IMG/VR virus record: IMGVR_UViG_3300045988_042432
Strand: one strand, 5' to 3'
DNA from: a virus
Length of the DNA stretch: 64,000 nucleotides
A program made the position numbers and the translations under genes. Positions 42,885 to 53,625 of the stretch are shown here, one piece after another. The stretch's first letter is position 1. Every line of letters begins with the position of its first letter. Below the pieces are notes generated by a model that was not told where the DNA came from, made no database searches, and saw only the letters and a program-made list of their open reading frames with translations.

Positions 42885-45800
42885 AACTTATTGTATATAA
42901 TGTCTTTAATGCTGTTATTATTGCTAACTCTTCGCCAGTATATCTTACTCTAATCTTGATGTATTTGTCTCTAAGTCTTGCTTCCTTCCTACCACTCCAC
43001 CAATCAGATGTGTCTATATCTTCAGGTCCATATCCTAAGTCTATTAAATCTTGAGGCATATAGTCTTCCACAGGAGTTTCTGAAGTTATATCAAATCCTT
43101 TTAAGTCGTTTGGTATAGGAGAATTACCTACAGAGATAGGAACCTTATCTATAGTTTCCTTAGTAAGTTTTGCTGTATTCCATGCTGGCTCGTTTCGCTG
43201 TACAAAGATAATAGGATTAATTTGAATATTCCAAACATCTCCTTGATAATTCATATTTCCTCTTAATCTTCCAATTCTTGGGTCTTTAATATCAGCAGCC
43301 TTAGCATGAGTCCAGACTCTAAACTCATCTAGCTTCTCATTATAAACTATTTCAGAACCTGACAGATTAACATAATCCTTATTAGGAGCAGTCTTACCTT
43401 TGTAGTAATCCTCAATCTCATTAAATGTATCTACTCTAGCATAGTATAATGGGAACATTGTAGATTTCACTTTCTGTCCAGTGGGTTTCCAGTTTCTAAG
43501 AATGTCTCTTTGCTTACCTCTTAGGTCTAAGAAATTCCTGTTGTACAGTATATCAGAACCATTATATTGATAGAAGTCCTTAGTAGCTTCTTGTCTTATA
43601 TACATGTTCTTCTTGTCCTCATGGAACTCATAACTTTCACCTACTACTTCATAATGGAATGAGTCCGGAACAGCCTTGTTACTTACAATTTGCAAGTTCT
43701 CGAATATTTTATGTGTAGCTGGGTTGTCAACTACTACAAATTCATACTCAAATGGATGTTGCTTACCATACCAATAACATGGTTTAATCTTGTCCTTAAT
43801 ATCAATGATTCCAGACTGACCATGTTTCCAGAAGTCTGTTGTTAAGTTAGGCAGCTTTTTATCATCTTCGGTAAGTCCAGGATTGTTCACTACTCTATCA
43901 GAAGTAATAGCGACTACAGACTGATAATAACCATAATTGGTAGTAGAGTAACTATTCCATCCATTAATATACTGTTTTATATTATTATCTGTTCCAGAGT
44001 ATCTATCTATTACTATACTTACTTTAATATTAAGCAACCACACAGGCTTAGAAGTTAATTCGTCATAAGTACCTAAATAAGTTAATATTCCATCCTCAGA
44101 AACACTGAACTGTTCACAATTCTTAAAGTTGTCTCTTTCTAGGCTGTACCTGTAGTAAACTGCTGGTAAACCTGTGTTGTATTCATTCGGAATTGGTCTA
44201 TTAACAAGACTCAATTTGGTAGATTTCATATTTTCAGTAAATATAACAGAGTCAGCCACAATTCCATCAGCACTGGTTGAATTTATATTAGATAGTGCTA
44301 ATTTACTTATCCATTTAGAGGTATCTCTATTAAAGCTAAAATGAATGTTGTCAATGTTAGCTGAATAGGAAGGAATCCAAGAGTAAAATGTTACAAACTT
44401 CTGCATAACCTCATTATAACAGATGTTCCAAGCCTTCTCTTCAAATCCATATAAATTATCATAGAAAGTGAACATAACATCTTGTTTGAATGCATTATAA
44501 TGACCCTTAACGTTTCTAACACCTATTACCGGGGTAAGCTCTCTTTCACTTAGTGTAATATTCTCATTTAAGAACTCCTGTATCTTAAAATCGGATATTA
44601 TTTCGAACTGGTCTCCATTAGTTCTCCAAATCTTCTTTCCGACTGTATCCACTCCATAAACGAAATACGGGGTCTGTACGACACTTTCCGGCCACTGGGT
44701 ACCATAGGTATCCGACAGCATCTTTGGATTCTCTGGGAGTACGTTAGAGGTGTTAATGAAGACATTTCCGCCTGAACCTTCACCTGCTACGGCACGTTCA
44801 TTAACTGGAATTAACGCTATACCGTGTTCGAATATACAGAGGATATTACCAAACAGCTCAACTAGTTTCATAATTCCTCCATATATTCTAGGATAGTCTC
44901 TATAGTGAGTAAACTGAAATACTCTATATCCATTCTTGAAGGCATCTGTAATTGCTAGGTCAGAATAAGCTATTCTAGTATCAAATCTGTTCTTTATATA
45001 GGGAACATCTGGTAATGTAAAGAAGTTCTTATCGCTAGTTGTACTACTCAATCCACTGTTAATGATAGATGCCTCAGGTATTTTATAATTTCCAGATGTA
45101 CTCATTTCTTGTAATGGATAGAACCCTCTCTTTAATCCGGTCAAGCCTTCCTCGGTAGGATAACTTGGGTCTAGAGACCTAAGAGATAAATTAACAGAAG
45201 AGCATAATTTAAATGTAATCCAACTGCCTAATTGAACCGCATTTATATCTCCTCTGTTTATATCTGCTAACTTCTCCGTATTCTCTACATCATAATTGTC
45301 CTTCCAAGTATTTTCATCCACAATTTCGTCATTTATAGGAGCAGACGGGTCTTGGAAATTTCTATTTAGTCTGTGAGTGTAATTGCATATATAGCAATCT
45401 CCCCTGTAGCATACTGTAGAATAAGCATGTATGTCACTTTGCTCTACTACGTCATAAGTCTCGCTTACTGTATCAAAACCAACTCTGTCTGATATGGCGT
45501 AATAAGGGGAGACGTCCTCATATCTTATCCTAAAGTAGTCAGACATGTTACCTATGGAATAACCAGGAATGTATATATTGATTATTCGTCCTACACTAGG
45601 AGTCCCCACTATTCCAATATATGATGAATATGAACCCCTGACTAGATTGGTTGCCTCATTATTTTTGTTCTCTATGCCTAAGTATCTAAATTTATATCCC
45701 TCCTCTGCTTCTCCAGCTCTAGCTCTGAAAGAATAGTCTTCTATAGCTATTATGGGAGTATTATCAGGTATTCCGACTATTTTAGCATCCATCTCCTTTA

Positions 45801-47682
45801 CAGAAGTATTATAAGTATAAGCATCAACATAATAACTTCTAGATTCGTAGGTACTCCTGGTTAATCCGGCACTAGCTGGGATTACTCTACTTTCTTTAAT
45901 AGGAAATGATGTTCCCGTGAACAAGGTGTTAAAATAGGATTGTTTTAAACTATATTCAGGACATATTCCAGCTCTAGACCACGTTGTATTCTCATTGTAA
46001 CCTTCTAACGTATACAACCTACTTAAATAGCTACTGTTTATGCCCTTGTTATTATCTAAGAATCTTTCTGCCACCACTGAATATTGAGGATTACTGTTTA
46101 CGTTTAACACATTGATTCCAGGAACTTCTGCTTTGGCTATCAAGGGTAATACATATGCTTGAGCTAATATAGTAGGTATTCTCTTTTGTCTAACTATAAA
46201 GAATCCTCGTACCTTACCTTTTAAATAGTTGACTACATCTATTGGTATAAACATTCCTAAGCCGTAAACTTTATGGGACCCAGTACTAAGATTAGAATTT
46301 ATTCTAATCACTCCCTTACTATTCTCTATATATCTAGAATCCTCAAGTTCGTAAGTAGATTCATCTACTTCTAAGTATTGACGTTCCCCAGAATCATCTA
46401 ATATAGAATAGTTTGATAAGGAGTACTTATCAAATAAAGTATTTATGTCTGGTAATCCGTTTATGCCTCGAATATTAAACACAGGAGACAATGAGCCATC
46501 AAACATTATATATACTATTCCAAGTCTGTATATCTCTTCATCCCAATAGCCTAAATGGTAGTAAATATTCTTAGTATTATAATATTCAAATGCAGTAATG
46601 GAATCAGAAACATCTCCATATTGAGGGGACACTTCACCTATAAGAGAATGGGCATCAGAAACTTCTAGATAAGGCAATATTCTAAGACTTATATCAGACA
46701 AGTCGGAGTATAGCATATCTGGTTTATTATAATTACCTAGAAATAGCATATTCTGGCAAGCCGCTTGTGCCTTAGCTTTGTCTGCTATTAAATACTGCAT
46801 ATTAATTTCAGACAATGGTATATCTTGTCCAGCTTCATTACCCGTTATTATTAAATTACAGGTGCGATTCTTGACAGGATACTTCTTAGAAATTCTAAAT
46901 GCAGTAGTAATCTCATTACCGTCTACATCCGATGTAGACCTAGTATAATAGACTTTTATATAGTCATAACTATCATCTACATCAGATATTAACAAACTTA
47001 TGGATTTGTTGGCAATCATATCCCTAAGTCCTCCGTTTATAGAGAAAGGGTCCCTATCCAACCCTTGGAAACATGATATTATTCCGGACTCAGCAACGAA
47101 GTCTGTTTCGTTATCATCTGCGTCTGCATATTTGAGATAGACTACATAATTACCAACTTTCAAATTACCATATGGAAGAACCTCGTTAAACGTTAAAGAA
47201 GGTATGTTATTTACTCTTTTATAAAGTGATGTATCTAAATCAAATTGAGAATCGTCATACAAATTGGTATCATTGTTACCAATTCTATCTACAATTTCGT
47301 ATGTGTTGTTTTGTAGCACAGAGAATCTAGTGTTGATTAGTCTTGGTATATTCTTGTTGTCATTTAATATAAGATTTACAGAACCGTCATATGACTCTTG
47401 TGCAATAATATCTACAGGGTGGTTTAAGCTGAATTGAAGTGATTCAGTATCTAAATCTAATATACTTCCACCTTCCACAACAACATCGTTCGGATTGAAT
47501 CCATCCTGACCAGATACTTTACCCTTACTATCAGTATCTCTGGTTATTCTATAATTATGTAGAGGATTATATTCATAGACTATGTTGCCCTCAGGTTTTA
47601 TTTGCCCTAGGAAGTATGAGAAAGCTAAAGTATCGAAGTTCAAGGAGTAATTATTAAATAATCCGTTCTCTAAAGTAGTCAT
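42877..47682 (-). CDS. Very large tail structural protein, 1601 aa (muzzle/tail-hub class by position)
   Basis: Uninterrupted 4.8-kb ORF. Its beta-rich, Asn/Tyr/Ser-rich composition is typical of tail proteins. It sits between the capsid genes and the ejection-protein block, as in crAss-like phages. Confidence 0.55.
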   Translation of the reverse strand: MTTLENGLFNNYSLNFDTLAFSYFLGQIKPEGNIVYEYNPLHNYRITRDTDSKGKVSGQDGFNPNDVVVEGGSILDLDTESLQFSLNHPVDIIAQESYDGSVNLILNDNKNIPRLINTRFSVLQNNTYEIVDRIGNNDTNLYDDSQFDLDTSLYKRVNNIPSLTFNEVLPYGNLKVGNYVVYLKYADADDNETDFVAESGIISCFQGLDRDPFSINGGLRDMIANKSISLLISDVDDSYDYIKVYYTRSTSDVDGNEITTAFRISKKYPVKNRTCNLIITGNEAGQDIPLSEINMQYLIADKAKAQAACQNMLFLGNYNKPDMLYSDLSDISLRILPYLEVSDAHSLIGEVSPQYGDVSDSITAFEYYNTKNIYYHLGYWDEEIYRLGIVYIMFDGSLSPVFNIRGINGLPDINTLFDKYSLSNYSILDDSGERQYLEVDESTYELEDSRYIENSKGVIRINSNLSTGSHKVYGLGMFIPIDVVNYLKGKVRGFFIVRQKRIPTILAQAYVLPLIAKAEVPGINVLNVNSNPQYSVVAERFLDNNKGINSSYLSRLYTLEGYNENTTWSRAGICPEYSLKQSYFNTLFTGTSFPIKESRVIPASAGLTRSTYESRSYYVDAYTYNTSVKEMDAKIVGIPDNTPIIAIEDYSFRARAGEAEEGYKFRYLGIENKNNEATNLVRGSYSSYIGIVGTPSVGRIINIYIPGYSIGNMSDYFRIRYEDVSPYYAISDRVGFDTVSETYDVVEQSDIHAYSTVCYRGDCYICNYTHRLNRNFQDPSAPINDEIVDENTWKDNYDVENTEKLADINRGDINAVQLGSWITFKLCSSVNLSLRSLDPSYPTEEGLTGLKRGFYPLQEMSTSGNYKIPEASIINSGLSSTTSDKNFFTLPDVPYIKNRFDTRIAYSDLAITDAFKNGYRVFQFTHYRDYPRIYGGIMKLVELFGNILCIFEHGIALIPVNERAVAGEGSGGNVFINTSNVLPENPKMLSDTYGTQWPESVVQTPYFVYGVDTVGKKIWRTNGDQFEIISDFKIQEFLNENITLSERELTPVIGVRNVKGHYNAFKQDVMFTFYDNLYGFEEKAWNICYNEVMQKFVTFYSWIPSYSANIDNIHFSFNRDTSKWISKLALSNINSTSADGIVADSVIFTENMKSTKLSLVNRPIPNEYNTGLPAVYYRYSLERDNFKNCEQFSVSEDGILTYLGTYDELTSKPVWLLNIKVSIVIDRYSGTDNNIKQYINGWNSYSTTNYGYYQSVVAITSDRVVNNPGLTEDDKKLPNLTTDFWKHGQSGIIDIKDKIKPCYWYGKQHPFEYEFVVVDNPATHKIFENLQIVSNKAVPDSFHYEVVGESYEFHEDKKNMYIRQEATKDFYQYNGSDILYNRNFLDLRGKQRDILRNWKPTGQKVKSTMFPLYYARVDTFNEIEDYYKGKTAPNKDYVNLSGSEIVYNEKLDEFRVWTHAKAADIKDPRIGRLRGNMNYQGDVWNIQINPIIFVQRNEPAWNTAKLTKETIDKVPISVGNSPIPNDLKGFDITSETPVEDYMPQDLIDLGYGPEDIDTSDWWSGRKEARLRDKYIKIRVRYTGEELAIITALKTLYTISYA

Positions 47683-47687
47683 AATAT

Positions 47688-50600
47688 TTAGCTTAATGTG
47701 CCCCAGTTGTTACCACTACCTTTGTCTAGCTCTATCTCTACAACAGGGAAGCCTGCAAAATGCACGGATATATCACCGTCTCCTAAACTATCCCTATACA
47801 CTGCAAAGTCCTTAGTGGTGGCAGACGTAGAATTTACTAACAAAGTTCCATCTTTTAATTTCAGGTTTCTGACTTTAGCCGCTCCTGTAGTTGACTGTTC
47901 TATTGGAATTATCCTGTCTACAGTTTCACCGTAGTAGATACGTCCTCCTATAAATGGATTACCAGTTCCGTCCAAAATAAAGAAAGTGTCGTCTCTGCTT
48001 AGAACCCCTACATTAGAGCTAACACTATCAGATTTAGCATTCTTATCCAATTCAGCATACACACTCTCCATACTTAGGGCTGTCATTGGCGTGGATAATG
48101 TGTAAGGAATAGTAGATTCATAAGTGGTCCCATCCACTTTATTATACCCAGAATCTGATTTTACATAAAATGTCATTAGATTTATATAGCTTTCCTTATC
48201 CTCTATTTTGAACAAATCTAGGAAGTCACTTATAGACGTTGTATTAACATCGTTACCATTAACCTGCAACAAAGATTTAGTACTTATGTTCCTTTTGCAT
48301 GAAACGTCGTAAGCTAGAGTTATTTTAACGTCTGGATTATATAAATAATCATTTGGATTATAAATCCAGTAACTTTGCACAGTAGAATCACTGGTTTGGA
48401 TGTAAACATCTCTAAACGTTTCATATACTATATTCGCCATTTCATTATTAATAAACAAACTGTCGCCGCCACTCTCTCCTGGATTTCTATATGCAAAGTC
48501 TTTAACCCAAGCATAAGTCGTACCAGTGTACCATAGAAGCATTTGGAATGAGCCTAATGATTTATCACTGACTAATCCCCCAACATGTGTAGCATCTTGA
48601 CTCCCTGGATATTTGTAACCCTTATTGTTAAATTCACTGATAGTTCCAAATATTACACATGGTGGATACCTTTTAAAAGCGGACCATACTGCCCCCATAA
48701 AATTATCCCAATAGTTTCTGAAGTCTTGACGTGTACCACTATTTTTGTCAGTGTATATTTGTGAATTAATAGAACTAGGTTCTCCAGTAGGAGAGTATCT
48801 ATTAATTGTGTCTAGGTATATTCTTCTACGTTTGTTTTTACTATATACATGAACTCCAAATTCTGAACTACTGTAATAAGCTCCAGTACTCTTCTTATTC
48901 ATGTTGGTCCCAAATACTTGACTCATGTCACTTACAAAGGATTTATAGATATTAGAATAGGTTATGGGTTTAGGAGTAGGGTCTTTAGCGGCTACTAATT
49001 CAGAAATAACAGCTCCATTAACTCCAATCTTATCTCCCTCAACTTCTATAGAATACTTATGACTATTATAATCAGGTCGTGCTTCAACTAATGGCAATCG
49101 TTCAAAATCAGAATCTACTATATAATCATCAGGCTTAGCTCCATTGCCTTCCAGAAAGTAGTCCTCATGTGTAGTCCTGGCTTCATCAGAATCTACTAAA
49201 TATTTAGTATCAATTGATGATACATTCAACTCGAATGGATATTTAGCCTCTGTTGCTATCTTATGGCTTTCTATCATAGTATACGAATAGTTATACAGAG
49301 TCACTGCTTTTACATCAAACTCACTTAGAGGTCTATTGGACAACGGAAATAAATCTGCACCATCTTTTACTAATGCTCCTACTTTCCTGGTATACGTATT
49401 ACTGTAGGTAGTATCTAATTGTAATGAATTGTACTTTTTAATTAAAGTATCATCAAATCTGTTATAGTCTAGCTGTGTATTATCTATGTAAGCTTCATTG
49501 TACAAAGGAGAAGCTACGAGCCATCTAAATTCGGAGTCTGGGTCCACTTCTGTAATATTCCCTTTTGTTATAGTCTTTTGTATCTCAACCAAATAGATGT
49601 TATTAGGCTCTAAAACATCCCCGAATCTTAGAACCTCTGTAAATACTCCGTTATAATTCCTTTTAGCTGGCACAACATACTCGGATGTAGGCATATCTGG
49701 TCTGCCGTCTGGAAATCTATAAAATTTAAACTTAATTTCATTTATAGAGGTGCCTTCCACTAAATAAGCTTCCAGTCCCCAAGTCAATATAATTGACATA
49801 TCATTGTAGTAATACCTCCAGGTATTTAGCTGAATTATACCGGAGCCTATCTTGGATAAATCCATAGCCCCATTGATGCTTAATCCTTGAAGCCTACTAT
49901 ATGTCATACATGGAGTAACAGTATAGCTTATTAAATTCCCAGTTACGTCACTTAAGTTAACCTGAACTGCTTGTTCTCTGGTATATTGCTTTGATTCTAG
50001 GCTGTAAACTGGAGCTTTGTCTGAGTTATCAAAGTTAACGTGGCCTTGAAGAGTAGCCTTGCTAGAATCAATCATAAAGAACTCACATCCCTGAATTACA
50101 TTTTGATGAGAACCGAAATCTTTTGCCTCTCCGTAGTATGAATTATAATACTCTATAACCTCATCATAATTATATGGCTTATTGTCCTCATAATACCCAT
50201 CTGGACAATTATACTTGTATGTTAAATCATATATTAGTGTATACTTGGAACCGGAGGGCATAACTATGCCAGATTGATTAGGAACTTCATATTCAATATT
50301 CATATCCGTTTCTTCAGGTCTTACATATCCAGTCACCGCTACATCTATTGAATCTATAGTATTCAAGGTAGCTATTAAAGTTAAAGAGCCTGATAACTTG
50401 TTATTGTATACATTTGCTGGATACGCCTTTCTATATTCATCCACATTAGATGAGTAATCCTCTGCCACAGTTTGTATATAATATCCCGCATTAGTTTTAT
50501 AAAGTGGGGCATCACTTTCGCTGAATACTATAGTTTTATTATCCTCATCAAATCTCTTTAATTGTTCTGTAATATCCCTAAGATATCCATTAGAATCACT

Positions 50601-51176
50601 TACAGCAAGAGTTAAAGTCATCAATTTGTTTTTAGGAGAATCGGGCTTGTTACTTGATGTATTAAAGCAATTTGATAGGTATGTCCTAAGTATTTTAGTG
50701 TCTATTTGACTCCCCTTAGATGCATCTAGCATAATAGTAAATTTGTCTCCTGACCTTATAATTGTGCCTTCAGGGAATATGTTTATTTTAGATACAAAAG
50801 TGTCTAAAATTCCATTAGACAGCGCTCCAAATGAACTGGGAGTAAGCACACTCTGTGCCCCTTGAATTTCGTTACTACTAATATTACGCTCTGGAGACGG
50901 GAATGAGCCAATCTGACCCTTATTAGTAAGAGGATTATATGACGCAACATATATTATTCCTCCATATTCTTTAATTCCAACTGGAACATAGCCTGAAGGT
51001 AAATAAGCAGTTTCGACTCTACCATTACCCATATCATTCTGAAGCACAAATTCATTACCATTATAAGTAACCATAGTAGCATTCAGAGCACTTGTAAGTA
51101 CATTGTTAGGAGTGGTTAATGGATTTAGGTCCATTATCATTCCATCTCCAAAGGTATTTGTTGCTTCTTGTTTCAT
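47688..51176 (-). CDS. Large tail structural protein, 1162 aa (ring/tail-hub class by position)
   Basis: Uninterrupted 3.5-kb ORF with beta-rich composition. It lies directly upstream of the 1601-aa tail protein. Confidence 0.55.
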   Translation of the reverse strand: MKQEATNTFGDGMIMDLNPLTTPNNVLTSALNATMVTYNGNEFVLQNDMGNGRVETAYLPSGYVPVGIKEYGGIIYVASYNPLTNKGQIGSFPSPERNISSNEIQGAQSVLTPSSFGALSNGILDTFVSKINIFPEGTIIRSGDKFTIMLDASKGSQIDTKILRTYLSNCFNTSSNKPDSPKNKLMTLTLAVSDSNGYLRDITEQLKRFDEDNKTIVFSESDAPLYKTNAGYYIQTVAEDYSSNVDEYRKAYPANVYNNKLSGSLTLIATLNTIDSIDVAVTGYVRPEETDMNIEYEVPNQSGIVMPSGSKYTLIYDLTYKYNCPDGYYEDNKPYNYDEVIEYYNSYYGEAKDFGSHQNVIQGCEFFMIDSSKATLQGHVNFDNSDKAPVYSLESKQYTREQAVQVNLSDVTGNLISYTVTPCMTYSRLQGLSINGAMDLSKIGSGIIQLNTWRYYYNDMSIILTWGLEAYLVEGTSINEIKFKFYRFPDGRPDMPTSEYVVPAKRNYNGVFTEVLRFGDVLEPNNIYLVEIQKTITKGNITEVDPDSEFRWLVASPLYNEAYIDNTQLDYNRFDDTLIKKYNSLQLDTTYSNTYTRKVGALVKDGADLFPLSNRPLSEFDVKAVTLYNYSYTMIESHKIATEAKYPFELNVSSIDTKYLVDSDEARTTHEDYFLEGNGAKPDDYIVDSDFERLPLVEARPDYNSHKYSIEVEGDKIGVNGAVISELVAAKDPTPKPITYSNIYKSFVSDMSQVFGTNMNKKSTGAYYSSSEFGVHVYSKNKRRRIYLDTINRYSPTGEPSSINSQIYTDKNSGTRQDFRNYWDNFMGAVWSAFKRYPPCVIFGTISEFNNKGYKYPGSQDATHVGGLVSDKSLGSFQMLLWYTGTTYAWVKDFAYRNPGESGGDSLFINNEMANIVYETFRDVYIQTSDSTVQSYWIYNPNDYLYNPDVKITLAYDVSCKRNISTKSLLQVNGNDVNTTSISDFLDLFKIEDKESYINLMTFYVKSDSGYNKVDGTTYESTIPYTLSTPMTALSMESVYAELDKNAKSDSVSSNVGVLSRDDTFFILDGTGNPFIGGRIYYGETVDRIIPIEQSTTGAAKVRNLKLKDGTLLVNSTSATTKDFAVYRDSLGDGDISVHFAGFPVVEIELDKGSGNNWGTLS

Positions 51177-51178
51177 TG

Positions 51179-51772
51179 TTATAAATATTCATAATTGTCG
51201 TTACTTACTAAGATGTCTTCAAACTTAGCATTTCTATCTCTTGTGAACGCTATCTCTGGATACTCACATTTAAGTACTTCTTTCTTATAGGAGAATCCTA
51301 AATCTACAAGCCCTTTGAATTTTATAATACAAGGACTGCCAGAGAATGATAGTTTACACTCATCTAGAATCTTAAACACCTTCTTATTATTGAAGGTGTA
51401 ATATTTCCTCTTCCTGCCTTTCTTATTAAAAGATTCTAGTAGTTCTTCGTATTCTTCATTGGTTAAGGCTACATAGTAGTACCCGTCCCATTGAATCTTC
51501 TTTCTAGTATACATCACTCTCAACTTGTTCTGCATCTTTCTCCTGTAATATCTAAAATGCTTAATAGGATTCTTAGTCAACTCCCCTATATATAACCAAT
51601 ACTTATATTTATGGCTATTAAGGATTGTATCTCCTCCTCTTTGGTTTAAGAAGTATATTTGTCTCCAGCCATATCTAACAATAATTTCTATGTCATGCTT
51701 ACTAAGATATGGAAATTCCTTCATTATTTCGTCTGTATAATCAGTAAACTTCTTAGTAGTATTGCATTCCAT
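51179..51772 (-). CDS. Basic small protein, 197 aa, possible IHF/HU-fold DNA-binding protein
   Basis: Lys/Arg/Tyr-rich. The segment DIEIIVRYGWRQIYFLNQRGGDTIL..HKYKYWLYIG resembles the helix plus G..V.L.GFG.F strand pattern of IHF/HU. It overlaps the upstream gene by 20 nt. Confidence 0.3.
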   Translation of the reverse strand: MECNTTKKFTDYTDEIMKEFPYLSKHDIEIIVRYGWRQIYFLNQRGGDTILNSHKYKYWLYIGELTKNPIKHFRYYRRKMQNKLRVMYTRKKIQWDGYYYVALTNEEYEELLESFNKKGRKRKYYTFNNKKVFKILDECKLSFSGSPCIIKFKGLVDLGFSYKKEVLKCEYPEIAFTRDRNAKFEDILVSNDNYEYL

Positions 51773-52193
51773 TGTTAGTATTCTCTGTGATTACGTTCTT
51801 ATTAACAGGGTCTAGATAAGCCATCTTCTCCCTTTGTATCTCTTGATTCTTGTAAGTTAATACCATTCTATATCCGCAGAAATCAGAAGCTAGAAAGTCT
51901 ACATCTTTCCACTTACCAAATCGTCTAGCTTCGGTAAATTCATTACCAGAAACTCTCTTCATGTATAACCAGGCATTTCTTCCTAAAGTTGGAAGCTCAA
52001 ATCTATTGTTTCTATGTATAATATCATCAATTACTAGCTTAACTGCGTATTTAAACACTTGCTTAGCAATTACTTCTTTATGTCTATTACCTATTAATTC
52101 CTCACATGTCTTACTGTCCAAGTCAAGTCTGCTGGTATCAAAACCAGCAAACATGTCATGGATGTTAAAGGCATATCCTAAAGCATAATTCAT
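51753..52193 (-). CDS. Small protein, 146 aa, possible IHF/HU-fold DNA-binding protein
   Basis: AKQVFKYAVKLVIDDIIHRNNRFELPTLGRNAWLYMKR parallels IHF-alpha [33 protein letters not shown]. crAss-like capsid modules are reported to carry IHF-like genes. Confidence 0.35.
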   Translation of the reverse strand: MNYALGYAFNIHDMFAGFDTSRLDLDSKTCEELIGNRHKEVIAKQVFKYAVKLVIDDIIHRNNRFELPTLGRNAWLYMKRVSGNEFTEARRFGKWKDVDFLASDFCGYRMVLTYKNQEIQREKMAYLDPVNKNVITENTNNGMQYY

Positions 52194-52194
52194 A

Positions 52195-52884
52195 TCATTT
52201 TAAGGGCTTATATGACTTATTAAATATCTTTCTATTCCAACTAGTTTTAGCATCTAAGATTTCATTCATGTCATTTTGACTTAAATGAATTGAAACTCTA
52301 GCTGCATCACATAGTTTCAACCACCTCTGTTCCAATAATTGTGCTTCCTGTAACATATTCTGGTTGTGATTCTTCCAACCTTCTTTAAATCTCTTAGTGC
52401 AAGCACAGTAACATGCAATGGCGTCTTTCTCTTTATAATTGATTTCAGGTAATCCGTCCTCATCTACCAGAATGCCCTTATAGAGAATGTTTACCTGTCC
52501 ATAATTCTTCTCAAAGTACAAAGTATCCCCCACTCTTTCAAATTTGGCATACTTGCCACTTATATAGAGAGGGTCACTATAAAGCTTTCTTGATTCTATA
52601 TAGTTTTCAGTAAACTGTGAAGAGTAATCTCCGTTTACTGTGTCATTCGTAACATAATTCCACTCTTCAAAGCCATAAGTGACTGCTTCAATTATGTCAC
52701 AGTTGCAAGGTAAATCCACTGTGTTGTCAGGGCATTGAATATCAGTAACATACCTGTATAATCTAGTTCTCCTGTTACCTATCTTATGCCAGGCAATCAG
52801 TCCAATTTCTTCGAACTCTTCAGGAGACAATTCTGTTCCATAGAGCAGATTCATTTGATAATAAGCTGAATTAAAATTCTCCAT
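52195..52884 (-). CDS. Virion-module protein, 229 aa, function unknown
   Basis: The ORF is coupled by a TAATG overlap to the upstream gene. No motif was recognised. Confidence 0.6.
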   Translation of the reverse strand: MENFNSAYYQMNLLYGTELSPEEFEEIGLIAWHKIGNRRTRLYRYVTDIQCPDNTVDLPCNCDIIEAVTYGFEEWNYVTNDTVNGDYSSQFTENYIESRKLYSDPLYISGKYAKFERVGDTLYFEKNYGQVNILYKGILVDEDGLPEINYKEKDAIACYCACTKRFKEGWKNHNQNMLQEAQLLEQRWLKLCDAARVSIHLSQNDMNEILDAKTSWNRKIFNKSYKPLK

Positions 52885-53561
52885 TATTTAGGTACTTGGT
52901 CATTAGGTAAAACAGGAGCTGCGAGCTGCCTATAATAACGAATCTTCTTTTCAGTTAGTCTCTTCTTAATTTCAGCATCAATGAATGTCATATTATTAAT
53001 ATCAACAGGGGCACAGCATCCGAACCAATCTAATTGTCTAGGGTCTTTTAATATTGCCACTACTGTTACTTTCTTTAATAATGGAGCATTAAATACAAAG
53101 CAATCGTACATATTGTTCTCGTTAGGAGTTATATCAATCCACACGTATGGTTTATTCTTTCCTCTTACTCTATATTTATGATACTTCATTACGATAGGAT
53201 TAGTATAATATATAAATGGATTACTCATATCAGTAGCTCCTATATATTCTATACCGTCTTCTCCGAACTCTGTAAGAAGTTGAGGAATTTCAAAATGAGC
53301 AGTTAATGTGTCACAGGGACTAGCATTACATCTACACCTTTCAATATTCTTGCAGTCAACTTCTATACAAGGTATAGTCATCAGTAAGTCCTTCTTAGGA
53401 ACTAATCCTTTAATAAAATATTCCTTAATAATTTGAAGTCTTTCATCAACGCAATCATCCTCTAACTGTTCTAATGACATTGTTGGAGTGGAGCTATAAC
53501 CTCTAAGACCACTCATTATGTCATTATATATGGCTGACGATAATTTCTCGTAATATCCCAT
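52884..53561 (-). CDS. Virion-module protein, ~225 aa (Cys-rich central segment), function unknown
   Basis: The listed start at 53609 is TTG and would read through a GC-rich terminator hairpin. The first ATG (53559-53561, MGYYEKL) is the likelier start. Confidence 0.6.
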   Translation of the reverse strand: MGYYEKLSSAIYNDIMSGLRGYSSTPTMSLEQLEDDCVDERLQIIKEYFIKGLVPKKDLLMTIPCIEVDCKNIERCRCNASPCDTLTAHFEIPQLLTEFGEDGIEYIGATDMSNPFIYYTNPIVMKYHKYRVRGKNKPYVWIDITPNENNMYDCFVFNAPLLKKVTVVAILKDPRQLDWFGCCAPVDINNMTFIDAEIKKRLTEKKIRYYRQLAAPVLPNDQVPK

Positions 53562-53567
53562 ATGATT

Positions 53568-53606
53568 ATAATAAATAAAGGCGAAGGCGTATGACGCCCC
53601 CGCCTT
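53568..53606 (-). terminator. Intrinsic terminator after the 346-aa gene
   Basis: The - strand RNA AAGGCGGGGGCG-UCAUA-CGCCUUCGCCUU forms a continuous 12-bp stem (two G-U pairs, 5-nt loop). UAUUUAUUAU follows. It is the most GC-rich patch in its neighbourhood. Confidence 0.8.
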
Positions 53607-53625
53607 CAATTACTGTTTTAAGTTG

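Noticed and set aside
53562-53609. N-terminal extension MKAGASYAFAFIYYNH of the 241-aa ORF-track entry. Similar TTG-initiated extensions occur at 59149-59175 and 12160-12165.
   Set aside because: These extensions start at TTG. They run through a terminator hairpin, a promoter-like box or the upstream stop codon. An in-frame ATG with better context follows in each case.
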